A DNA stretch of 46,748 bases from NCBI GenBank assembly GCA_002633005.1, contig NMRA01000013.1, forward strand, positions 1,157,787 through 1,204,534, given 5' to 3'. Source of the stretch: Phoronis australis (taxonomy: Eukaryota > Animalia > Phoronida). This document shows, piece by piece, positions 36,401 through 46,748 of this stretch. Both the position numbers and the translations under genes were made by a program. Each line of letters starts with the position of its first letter. The stretch's first letter is position 1. Under the pieces are notes generated by a model that did not search any database, was not told the DNA's origin, and saw only the letters and a list, made by a program, of their open reading frames with translations.

Positions 36401-39400
36401 TACAAATACATTATTCGAACCATTGTTAATGTACAACCTTTGCCCTGACGGTCTGTGGAAGGAGAACCCAACTTCGCGGCTCCCAACAATTAAGTAGATT
36501 TTCAGTTTCGTGGCTAATTCACGTAAATAATTACGTGCACATTATTTCTTTGGCTCACTATTATAGTCTTTTCGTGACTGGAGGTTTGGTTTCCAACTCA
36601 AGCTGGTTTATGCTTGTGCCAGTCCTGGCGGCCGCGACGGGCCTGATCGGGTTCCGAGCCACTGGCCAGGATAACGAGTCAGTCCGACCGCGACGGGCCT
36701 GTTCGGGTTCCGAGCCACTGGCCGGGATAACAAGCGTTTTGCGTGTTTAGAAAAAAATCACAAGTCTAAACAGCACAGATCTGTGTTCTCTTGTCTATAT
36801 TTCACGGAAGAATACTTCGAATTTATCTCCGAACAGACCCCAAACTCCTGCTACGGACCTTGGTAAATTGTCCTGCCGAACTTTGTAGGCTACGGTGTGT
36901 CCAAATACCAATAAATCCGTAACAGCGAAATAAAACAACACGATTTTATAAGAACTCTGTGTATTTTTAAGGGTTTTTCATCGAAGTTTGGTGATTTATT
37001 GGTGTTAAACGATGAATTTAAGCGATAAACTGAGACTAGTAACCTGTGTTGTGAACTGCTGAACAGACTGCGTTTGAAACCAATGACGTCATTGGATAAT
37101 TTCAACACCTCCGTCTGCCGTCAGGTGTCAGGTATAACTCAACCGAACGTGCCGTTATCGAATAGAACTACTCGATCTAATTTGAAACAAAATAGGTTGT
37201 TTTTTGGGGTGGCATTCTCTTTAATAAACCCAAACGTGGCTGAAGGAACTGGTGCACATGCACAACGTTGCTCATTTGTATAGAGTTGTGACCCTCGACA
37301 ACAAACTGAATTTCAGGTGCTGGTTGATAACACGGACTGTGCGCTAATAGGGTGGAGAGTAGTACAATTGAATAATAATAATAGTATAATTGATCAAACG
37401 TTGAGGCTCTAAAGCAAAAAACATGGTGTTGTAGTGCAATGTTCTCTTTTCAGCACGGAATGAAGAGCGTGGACGTACGGCCGTGGACGAATTGAAGAAA
37501 CTTGGTTGCACCCCAGGTTTTTGCCAGTTGGATATCGAATCAAAAGATAGCATTGATAATGCTAAATCGTACTTTGAGAAGACTTACGGAGGTGTTGACG
37601 TCTTAGTGAATAATGCTGGTATTGCTTTCAAGGTAAGGTAATATTTGTATTGTGCGTATTGTATACATCCTGAATCGTGCAGCGTGACGCTCAGGGACAA
37701 AAAGTTGCTTGCTTTCGATTTTAACGATATCCAAAACCTTATTCACAAAATTGGCCATTTGTACAATAACATATGTCTGTCAAAATACTTTATCTTCATT
37801 CTCGGGGAACTTCAAATACGCTATACATGAATACTGTGTATCGAAAAAAGATTGATCAGAACCACTTTGTCACCACACAGCCCGTGGAAATTTGTTTACT
37901 ACTTATCTGTGGTCAAATATTACGGGGCTGTCACTCAAATCGAATCTCCTGCCAGGCACAGTGCAGCTCAGTATGTACCCTCAGTCCTTTCATTAACTGA
38001 CTCGCCATAATATTGCGTCAACGACAAGTAGAAATGATAGAAAGATGCCGGAGGAAACGAAGACAAAACGTAGTTTTGATGCTGAGGGAGTTGTGTGTCT
38101 GCATGTATACGACCGTTGAGAACAAATGTTACGAGTCTCCTCACGCCTCTTTGACTTTGTGTTCTCGCACACAGAAACCTGTGAAAAGAGATAAATCCTC
38201 GCCCAAATTCTTTAATTCGGGTTATCTGATATTTCGCTATTTCGATCTTATGCTCATGTCGTGCTTTAACCACCGACTTGATTTCTGTTATCCATTTCGT
38301 ACTTGGGTTTAATATCAGTCTCCCAGCGCGTGGTGTGTCTAACAATGAACTGTTGACCTATTTTAAAGGGAACTACACTGTACCAGCTTGAACCACTTAA
38401 TATGTTGGAACCGTCCGTAACCTAGTTGGGCTCGATGCATTGGAAATCGACCTCGGGCTAATTAAGCGTTTTTACTTACGCACTGCAAATTCAGATGACA
38501 CTGCGCGTGAATGTTGAAATAATGAACCTGGCTAAGGTTTGTAGGTTATATTGACCGAAAACAAGTTTTCATCGAATAAATTATCGAATACCTTGCGATT
38601 TTTACGGACCTTTTCTCGGCTTTGGTAAATCGACTTAATTTGAACTTATTAACACGAGTTCTCGAAAACGGCCAGGCGGATTTCGCTGAAACTTTCTAAA
38701 TTTAGCATTTATTCATCAATCTCAAAAACTCTTTAGGGTTTGCGACATAAAGGCCTAGTTTTTGCGTAATGCAACAAAGACAATAGCGACTGCTATTTTT
38801 CACAAAAATACCTTACGTTTTAATTGCGAGTTGATTTTCATAGAAACCAGAGGATGAGACTTATTGTAAATTCCTGACAACTTTTTTGAGGTAACTGGTG
38901 AAATTTTCTTTCAAAAAAGTTTCATTAAAATCGACCGAGGTGTTTTTTTGCTTTCTTACAAGTGAAATTTTGAATTAAAAGGTGTTAACGTAATAATAAT
39001 AATGGTAATAGATATAAAACATATTTTTACATTCCATCATTGATCCTTTTTCTTTCAGAAAATATATACTTTTACTGCTTCGCAAAGGCTAGTTTTTTGA
39101 TATACCAGTTAGAATGGAGGTCACTGAGGTTCGAGATAACCTTAAGCAGTTGTAGAGAGTGAAAACCAGTCTAATCCAATGAGAACAATTTTGAGAGAAG
39201 ATGTCATTGTAACTTGAAGGTTCGATATTTAAGCATCTGCGTTTCGAATGTTCCTGAAACTTGCTCAAATTGAAATCGAGTCCATTATGTTTGTGTTGCT
39301 TCAGACTACCTCGACCGCGCCATTCAGTGAGCAAGCTGAGGTTACCATGAGGGCCAACTTCTTTGGAACATTGGACGTCTGTGACGCATTCTTTCCAATT

Positions 39401-42400
39401 TTAAAACCCGGAGCAAGGTGAAGTTCATGAAACTATTGTACGCCAATAACGATGTCTGATGGTACTCAAAATCATATCATTGCTATTATTCACCAACGGC
39501 GCATGAAACACTACATTTCATTTCCCTACCGCTAATTCTGAATGTGTCTTGTTTGAATAGGTACGTGCACTGAACACAACGTGATAATTTTTTATGACCG
39601 GCATCATTTGTTTAGGAATTGAATAACAGAGATGGGTATTCGTGAAACCCACAGTACTTCCTGCATTTAAAACAACAGTTTCAAACACTGTCCGTCATTT
39701 TTGAGACTATTGTCTTTAAAAAGAGCCCTTCGATAAAAATCGATTAGCTGCAACCCACGAATGAATGAATACCCAAGCAACAGCAACCGGTTTTGCAATT
39801 CGCCGTAGAGCGCTGCACTATGCATTCAGAAAACCTCGGGTTATTTCGTAGCCTAAAATTTCCCCAGAGATGAGCGTTGTCTGCACATGTGCAAACTAAG
39901 TCCTACTGCATGGCCAAGACAGGCCAATCATTATCCAGTTTGAAAGTTTCATGACTAGACAAGGTCTCCACAGGTATGACTCCACTCACTTTATCGGATT
40001 GGTGCCAACTTGCCATGCAAATACTTTTAACAGGTATTTTCTCGGCTGGGCTCAATAATTTCACAATAAACTCTAAATTAAGTTCGACAAAAAATGAAAT
40101 TTTATTGCTGACTATAATGTAAAACAATTCTGGCTTGAAAGATGTTCGTCCAAGTTTGGCCGAGTCTGACAGACGTCTGTTGTACTCTTCCAAGTTTATC
40201 TTGAAAACTACTGTTATAGGCAACGCGTCTCAGGCACAGTGTCATCACCACTCTAGTGAGTGTCGTGCGCTGACCCCTTTATTAAAGTGCTGAAGAAAGT
40301 CACCGCTGGCATTGGCTTCATTTCGCTGGGAAAAGCAATTCTGATTAATGCACTTTTATAGCCATAAATGTGCTGTTGCATTACAATGCAAGGCCCTCAA
40401 TTCCTCGATTTTGGGTCTGAATACCGGCCCCATTCTCCTCTGCGAAAATATTAAAACATCACACAAAATTCTCCTCATGAGGCTTAGAAATTCCCCTCAA
40501 GTGATTGAAAATTCCTCTTGAGGTTCGAATCACTTGTAAATCACACAGGTGACAATTTGAATGACACAAAAAATTAGTTTTGGCTATTGAGGCAGAGCCT
40601 ATGGGGGCTTGCAACAGGGGGAGGAGCTATTGGTGGTGATTGGGATACAATTTTCCCCTTACCTCAAAAATTCCCCTCTCAGAAGGTACAGGCGCCTTTC
40701 ACCTCAGGGATCGAGGGCACTGCATGACATATAAAGCTGTCATTAAATGTTGTTACCCAACTTCTTCTCTACTCCGTATTTAGTACTTTGTGAGCCAACA
40801 ATAACGTGTACTATCTTACTGACTGATATCCGGTTGGAGTTTTCTCCTCCTATAACCGCATCCGCTATTGACGGACGTAAAAATGCATGCAGCATATTGT
40901 AATATCAGGTGTCAAAGGCAATAACTAATGATCATTTCAACTATCGATAAGTGGGCGTCATTTCTTCTGTTTTCTTCAGTAGTAAATTGTCCCTTTTCCG
41001 AAATATTGTAAATACAAGTCATATTTGCAGGTTCGTAGCAAACCTTGGATGTTGTAGTTTCAACGTCGTATTTTACGGTCTTTACAGGGTTGTGATCGTT
41101 GCCAGTGTCGTTGCGCAAATGGCTCTTCCTAAGACGAGTCCATCGCTTCGGAAAATTTTTACGAGTGAATCACTGACTAAGGAAGAATTGGTGAAGTACA
41201 TGAACAAATTTGTCAGGTACGGCTTCGAGTAATTACGGTAACTTTGTTTCAGTTCAATACCAGTATTCTCCTGGCGTGTATACTAACATGTTATGTTCGA
41301 AAAACACTAAAGATTGGTCAACAATCTCAAATCATGTTTGAAACAGTTGAGCTTTTTCTGCTCGACTACAAACTGTGAAAAGAAATGCGATGGATAAATT
41401 GTTTCATGGTGAACTTAATGTAGTCATTTTGCTACTAATTTTATGTCTACGGTCATCAAGTATTATAAATGAAGTACCACCGGCTAGTTGTTCCTACGAG
41501 TCAGTACGAAGGTATACTACAGAGAAAACCATGGGTGGGGCAGCACTGAGAAAAGTGGGGGCTATGGCCCCCAGCCCCCCCCCCCCCCNNNNNNNCCCCC
41601 CCCCCCGCGGTACACCGCCCATAGGCCATGGGCCCCCCATAGGCCATGGGCGCCGAAGCACTGAAAAAGTGGGGGCTATAGCCCCCAGCCCCCTACGGTG
41701 CACCACCCATGAAAACACGCAGTTTTAACCATGTATGTATTCTTTGCCTCTCCCCTGGGGACCCTGGTTTAAGACACATTGTGGCGGAAAACGGAACATT
41801 CTGAAATTTCTTTACGAAAAGGACTTCCATGAAAGTTTTGGTTCGTTGTTGGTACGGCTTGTGCATTAGCAGCACATATGTCACGTGACAAGTTTTCAGA
41901 GTTTGCAACAACGTAGTTAGCGTTTGAACATCGGCAGTTTTGGCAATTAAATATTTTTGTATCCCAGTCTACAGGACCTTGCTTAGCAATTGAGTTGGTA
42001 CAATAATGACTTAAAAACTTGCTAAAGGAAACTATGAACCTTGTTTACCAGGTTGCACTAACGTGCAAATATCTTAGCAATTCCGTCAGCTTTAACCCCT
42101 ACAAAGTTTATATTTTCTGAAAGGAGAATTAATTCCCTAAAAAATATTATTCTTATATGCCGGTCTTAATGTTTTCAAGAAATATGCGTTAATAGTAAAA
42201 ACATTTTTGACTTTGAACAGAAATTGTAAAATATTGTTCCTTCAATCACATTGCTCTGTTGTCAACATGTTGATAACGGCATATTCGAGGAAACCGTGTC
42301 CCAGATTTTTGAATTAGGTCTTAGTTTTTTTTCAATTATCGAATTTTTAGAGCATATTAAACAAAGTCGTCCGTACTCTTGATTTTTGAAGGCTTCGTTC

Positions 42401-45400
42401 CGAAAAGCTAGGACCTATTTCAAAAAACTGAGACACGGTTCCCTTGAAAATATCGTTATCAACATGCTGACAAAAAACAATATGATTGGATTACAATATT
42501 TTTAAAATCTCTGTTCGAAATATTTTTATTTATCGTAATCTATTTTGCCCGGGGTCCTCCACGAGCTATGTTGCAGAGTAAAACAAGAGGAGGATTGGGA
42601 ATATTGTCATTTATTATGACGTAAATAGATAAAACTAACTAAGACTCTGCAAGGTGGGCATGGACAAAACGCCATAATGGCAGCACGGGAATGCTGACAT
42701 ATTTAATTAAAATACGCATATCTCGTGAAAAAACCAGGTAAACAAGAATGATAAATTTTCTTAGGAAATGTATTCATCTTTCAGAAAAGATATACATTGT
42801 AGGGGTTACAGCTGGCCGAATTTAAGATTTTTGCACCCAAATACAACCTAGTGAACAAAGTTTACAACACCTTAAGTTTATCCTTTACTGGCTTGGCGTG
42901 TGATCACGCCACAGGTCAGATGTGAATTTTTAGAACTTGAATTTATTAAAAGAGGTATAGAATATCGAAAAGTTTGCCATTAGGTTTCAAGGGTGTGGCC
43001 TAGGATAAATCCTACCGGCAAACTCCTACCTCACTGAAAATGCGGTGAGGCTAGGCCTATAGGCCTTTATGAGGGGTAAGGACAAGCTAGTTTTTTACAT
43101 TGCGGAACGAGAGAACGCATCTGCCCGACAAATTTTATCAGCTACGTCGGTTGGCACTTATTTCACCAGGGGGTTGACAGTCATGTTGTCCAACGATTCA
43201 CCCATCATATGCATGTAGGTCCTCCTTCCAACCCGCGGACCAGCTATTCATTCGCCTGTGGTCAATAGTAATGTTTCGTCACAAATCATCAAATGACCTG
43301 GTCACACTGTTCGTCGCGCTTTGTTTATTTCGGAAGCTTATTCGTCACAAGAAAGTGCCAACATCCTGTCAGGGTGGAGTTCCGTAAAGGCAGGAATATG
43401 CCGGTGGAAGCCACTGCGGTCACGTGCTTCGCTTGGACGATATATCGCGTAATCTCTTGTGATCTTTCGTTTTAGCAAGACCCTTGCGTGTAAGTAAGGA
43501 ACACCATTTCATACTACAGAAGGTCACCTGTTTTTATACTGGGACGCAACGCTGGAATTGAGGGAATAGGAACTTAAGTTTTAAATATACTCAGGGACAG
43601 ACAGCACAGCTTTTTTAAAACTTTCCTCTAGTTGGCAATGTTATATAAATGTAAAGCCCAATATTAGTTCTTGGTGTGTGTTGGGACACCGTTGAATAAA
43701 TGAATTGTTGGCAATCTTTAGTTTTACATCATATTTCACACCTACCGTTGTAACGATGTTGCGTTTTAAATGCACTGTATGTTGACCATTAGTGTGGCAC
43801 TGAAAAAACACCTAATATGAATACAAGATGATGCCATCCGATTTTTTGTGCTCACGAAGCGCCCGTATACTTTTGCACTAGTCCCACACTTGTGTTTTAA
43901 GCAGATATTCACGAGAACTTCATGGTGTTTGTAAGAAAAATGAGGTTCGTGCGAAAAAACCTTGTCATAAGAGAGATGTGTCTTATGCCATTGGTCTTCA
44001 CCCACAGACAACAGGTGCGTTCTCATCAACGTTTTCCCCATGAGCTGTTGTTTGTTAGAACAAAATGGTGTTAGTAAGAAAAAGTTGGGGCTTGTGCGAA
44101 AGGAAATTTGTTCATCAGATTGTGTTGTGTGAGACAACAAACATATCTTGTGATAAAAAATTGCATTTATGACAAAAGACCCCAAATAGTACTGGGAATG
44201 TTTGTGTGCACGTGGGCGTGCGCGTATACGTGTGAAGGTGTGCTCACGACAAAAGGACCATGTTAATACTGACGCGCTGATTGCCGATGATACCTACACA
44301 AATAGCTTTTTTCTTTTTAGTGACGCCAAGAATGGGGTACACGAAAAGGAGGGCTGGCCCTCGTGGTCCTATGCCGTCACCAAAATCGGCGCCCTCTGCC
44401 TAGCGCGTGTTCTCCAGAGAGAGTACAACAAGGACGCTAGGGCTGACCTCGTTTGCAATGCAGTGAGTTTGCGTGCTTTAGAACACTACTTTCGTTATTT
44501 AAAATACCACAATGGATTCCATTTTACTTATGAGGCTGAAGCTTTGGTTTGTGATCGGTCCAAAGGTGATGGAAATTACAATATTGAATTCGATGAATGT
44601 TTTCAGTCATCCAATTGTGTCATAGTATAAGAATCAATAAATCTATTACTGGACTTACGGTACGTGGAGATGGCTACGTAGCGTCCTCCTCTCGAGGACT
44701 TCACCAGGCCACTGAGTTGTCACGTGACTTGTCATGTGACCTGTGGTACAGTTTACGCGGGATTCTCTTCAGCGCCCTATCCCATGTCCTAGGTAAGAGA
44801 ATCCTAGCCTCAATAGACAGGGGGGCTGCGGTTTCACTTACCTAGGACATGGGATAGGGAGCTGAAGAGAATCTCGCGGAAACTGTACGCCACATCACAT
44901 GACAAGTCACGTTTTTTACAACTCAGTGGCCTGATGAAGTCCTCGAGAGGAGGACGCAACGTAGCCATCTCCACGTACCGTAAGTCCAGTACGGTCCAGC
45001 AATAGATTTATTCATTTTTATACTAGAATATTGAATTGCTTACTGTTTTCGTGGATGTTGTAATTACAAAATACGATGCTGCTTTTGCTTTTGTCGTCAC
45101 TTGTGTTAGCGTTCCTAATATCAGGGTCTGTTAGAGGTCTCTGTATTTTTGTAGAGTATGCTTATACATGTAGAGTGTTTTCATACGATGTCATCAATTA
45201 GGTCATCCTCCATGTTGGAGGACAAACAGTTCAATATGGTTGTAGTATCGTGAAGCAAAGACACATTATTTCTTTGCTGCATTCTCGGCAGAATTTACTC
45301 AGCATAATTGTGCAGTAGTTGGCTGCTCGAGAAGGAGTGATGAAGATGTTATGTCGTTGTATCGTCTTTTAGAAATTATTGAAGGTGAAAAGACCAAATA

Positions 45401-46262
45401 GTTGTCTCTGAATAAGACAGTCGAACCAGTTTGTTTCGTAACGAAGAAATTCTTCTATATCATCGCAAAAATAACGCGTCCCACACCTCAAAAATTTAAA
45501 ACATATCAAAATCGGATTAAGTTGTATAAAGTTATTGTAACTTTTGTGCCCAAATGTGAGCCACTTTTTTGATCGGGTTGGCCTGATTGGACGACAGCGA
45601 CATAAGTAACGAGTTTAAATTTTATTATAAACTATTTTCACTGATATTTTACAAAGAAATTTAGTGAGACATATCTTTACCACCTATTCTGTACGATTCA
45701 ACATTTTTCACCAGAATATTGTCACGCATATGGTATTTATTGAGTGATAATAAGCTCACAATTCCGGCAGCGACAGCATGGCGACTTTTCCTGAACTTGA
45801 AAAACATGTTCATCCGGGTACTTCAATTGTGAAGATATAACTATGATACATGTTGATAAACGCTGTTATAAAAAGCAACGATGTACAACTTCAGGTTTTG
45901 TACAAAAATATAAGGAACACACGTATTTCAATAATTTCACTTTGAAATGCAGTTGAAAGTAGAGATTTCAAAAGCGTCAAACTTTGTCTTTTGCTCCCGC
46001 AACTCTTTAGTCACATTTGCATAACGATTGGTGTGATCCCTTAGTCTGTGTCTCCTTTAAATTGAGTTCATTTTCCAAAGGGTTACTGCCCGCTAACAGT
46101 ACCTTCATGTGGCTACTCCAGTGGACCTCTGCGTCAGTCACCAGTTTTCTAGGATCCAGCTTTGTTGCTTCAGATGCCCTATGTTTTCGGTTTTCTAGGT
46201 TTGTCCAGGTTGGGTGAGAACAGACATGGCAGGACCCAATGCCAAACTGACACCAGATGAAG
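33382..46262 (+). CDS. CBR1: Carbonyl reductase [NADPH] 1-like SDR, copy B, exons 1-7 (last exon beyond the window)
   Basis: join(33382..33402,34824..34908,37454..37632,39305..39417,41088..41216,44321..44462,46199..46262). Exon sizes 21/85/179/113/129/142/64 match copy A, all GT-AG, no stops. MSPRVAVVTGSNKGIG...NNAGIAFK...VVIVAS...YAVTK...VCPGWVRTDMAGP. Confidence 0.94.
34201..34539. mobile_element. ~340-bp insertion with a ~10-bp target-site duplication
   Basis: Flanked by tttccctagt (34191-34200) and tttccctaat (34540-34549). The paralogous intron at ~24745-24795 is contiguous across the site. Confidence 0.6.
34824..34908 (+). CDS. CBR1: CBR copy B exon 2 (VTGSNKGIG...VYVT)
   Basis: tttcag| ... 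|gtaagt; lies in ORF 34776..34994. Confidence 0.95.
35509..37220 (+). mobile_element. Kolobok-like non-autonomous transposon with decayed THAP domain, copy 2 (intron 2 of CBR copy B)
   Basis: TTAA|AGGAGAATGCCACC ... GGTGGCATTCTCT|TTAA; perfect TTAA TSD; absent from the 213-bp paralogous intron of copy A. Confidence 0.88.
35680..35912 (+). pseudogene. THAP zinc-finger relic
   Basis: CIVPACPNYEAAKKAGISFFQLPREPEMLRK*LAVVKNE...YLRVCGRHFVDSDF: C2CH signature intact, conserved Trp mutated to TGA at 35782. Confidence 0.85.
37454..37632 (+). CDS. CBR1: CBR copy B exon 3 (ARNEERG...NNAGIAFK)
   Basis: tttcag| ... |gtaagg. Confidence 0.95.
39305..39417 (+). CDS. CBR1: CBR copy B exon 4 (TTSTAPFSEQAEVTMRANFFG...LKPGA)
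   Basis: cttcag| ... |gtgaag. Confidence 0.95.
40389..40722. mobile_element. hAT-like MITE with internal aaattcccctc repeats
   Basis: CAAGGCCCTCAATTCCT ... AGGGATCGAGGGCACTG imperfect TIR; no TSD visible. Confidence 0.55.
41088..41216 (+). CDS. CBR1: CBR copy B exon 5 (RVVIVASVVAQ...MNKFV)
   Basis: ttacag| ... |gtacgg; lies in ORF 40951..41232. Confidence 0.95.
41530..41711. mobile_element. GC-rich MITE, CATGGG...CCCATG, with internal duplication
   Basis: TIR CATGGGTGG/CCACCCATG flanked by a direct aaaac repeat (5-bp TSD). Related ends at 27271-27322 (+) and 25107-25158 (-). Contains 7 Ns at 41589-41595. Confidence 0.8.
42023..42887. mobile_element. Foldback element with long degenerate TIRs and an inner palindrome
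   Basis: Outer arms ~42023-42190 and ~42710-42887 (taaagg...ccttta); inner inverted repeat ~42200-42330 and ~42400-42530. The empty site is present in the paralogous intron at ~21630-21680. Confidence 0.75.
44321..44462 (+). CDS. CBR1: CBR copy B exon 6 (DAKNGVHEKEGWPSWSYAVTK...VCNA)
   Basis: ttttag| ... |gtgagt; lies in ORF 44202..44630. Confidence 0.95.
44623..45025. mobile_element. Young palindromic MITE (~175-bp arms)
   Basis: tagtataagaatcaataaatctatt...cccatgtcctaggtaag, a ~30-bp spacer, then cttacctaggacatggg...aatagatttattcatttttatacta; the arms are highly similar. Confidence 0.9.
45171..45420 (+). mobile_element. PIF/Harbinger-like left end with THAP N-terminal fragment
   Basis: Terminus tAGAGTGTTTTCATACGATGTCA, then from 45303 HNCAVVGCSRRSDEDVMSLYRLLEIIEGEKTK*LS (CAVxGC THAP start), truncated. 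Confidence 0.6.
46199..46262 (+). CDS. CBR1: CBR copy B exon 7 (VCPGWVRTDMAGPNAKLTPDE)
   Basis: ttctag| ... |gtacgg. Confidence 0.95.
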
Positions 46263-46748
46263 GTACGGCACGGACTCATTAAACTCATAAGTGTACAATT
46301 ACTGTCACTTGCACGACTGTACAAAACGTACCCCTTTTGACCACCATCCCCTAGTACAAAATACGTGAAATTTTTTGGTAAGCCATTGATAACGTAAACT
46401 AAGGCAATTGGTCTCAAGTGACCCTCCGTGATGCGTTTTGCTTCATATTAAACTGCAACCACAGGTACACACGCTAGGAAAGTATTGAGTTTTGTTTTTG
46501 TCGTCGCCATTTTTATCATGACGTCAAAGGCTCACTGCAGCAGTAAGCTTTAACTCCTTCCCTCCGTAAGGTGTACATCTATATTCGTGAAAATACCAGT
46601 AATTGTGGGCGGTCCCTTAAATTGGTTGAAACCGGTGCAATAATTTGGTGAATGATAATGTTCACTTTATTTTGAAACAAAGTGCTATAGCATAACCAAC
46701 GTAAAGTTGTGTTATATATTCTTTTATCACTTGTTATATTGAGATAAT

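Overview
Intron-rich, repeat-rich eukaryotic DNA, most likely from a marine invertebrate; almost all ORFs in the supplied track are noise. The core of the window is a head-to-head (divergent) pair of paralogous carbonyl reductase 1-like short-chain dehydrogenase/reductase genes. The minus-strand gene is complete: 8 exons, ATG 28123 to stop 16222, 275 aa. The plus-strand copy runs from ATG 33382 and has exons 1-7 in the window (last visible exon ends 46262). Exon lengths and phases are identical in the two copies and all introns are GT-AG. The rest is mostly DNA-transposon relics: a Sola3-like element with a decayed transposase, two copies of a TTAA-flanked Kolobok-like element with a dead THAP domain, a Harbinger-type THAP fragment and many MITEs. 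Also present are a palindromic element built from two outward-facing tRNA-like arms, a perfect 95-bp palindrome, a possible Penelope hammerhead relic and a ~150-bp tandem repeat. I see no clear evidence of a wholly new multi-gene system. The best leads are the functional and regulatory divergence of the CBR pair (substrate-pocket changes, an ARE upstream of only one copy) and the tRNA-armed palindromic element.
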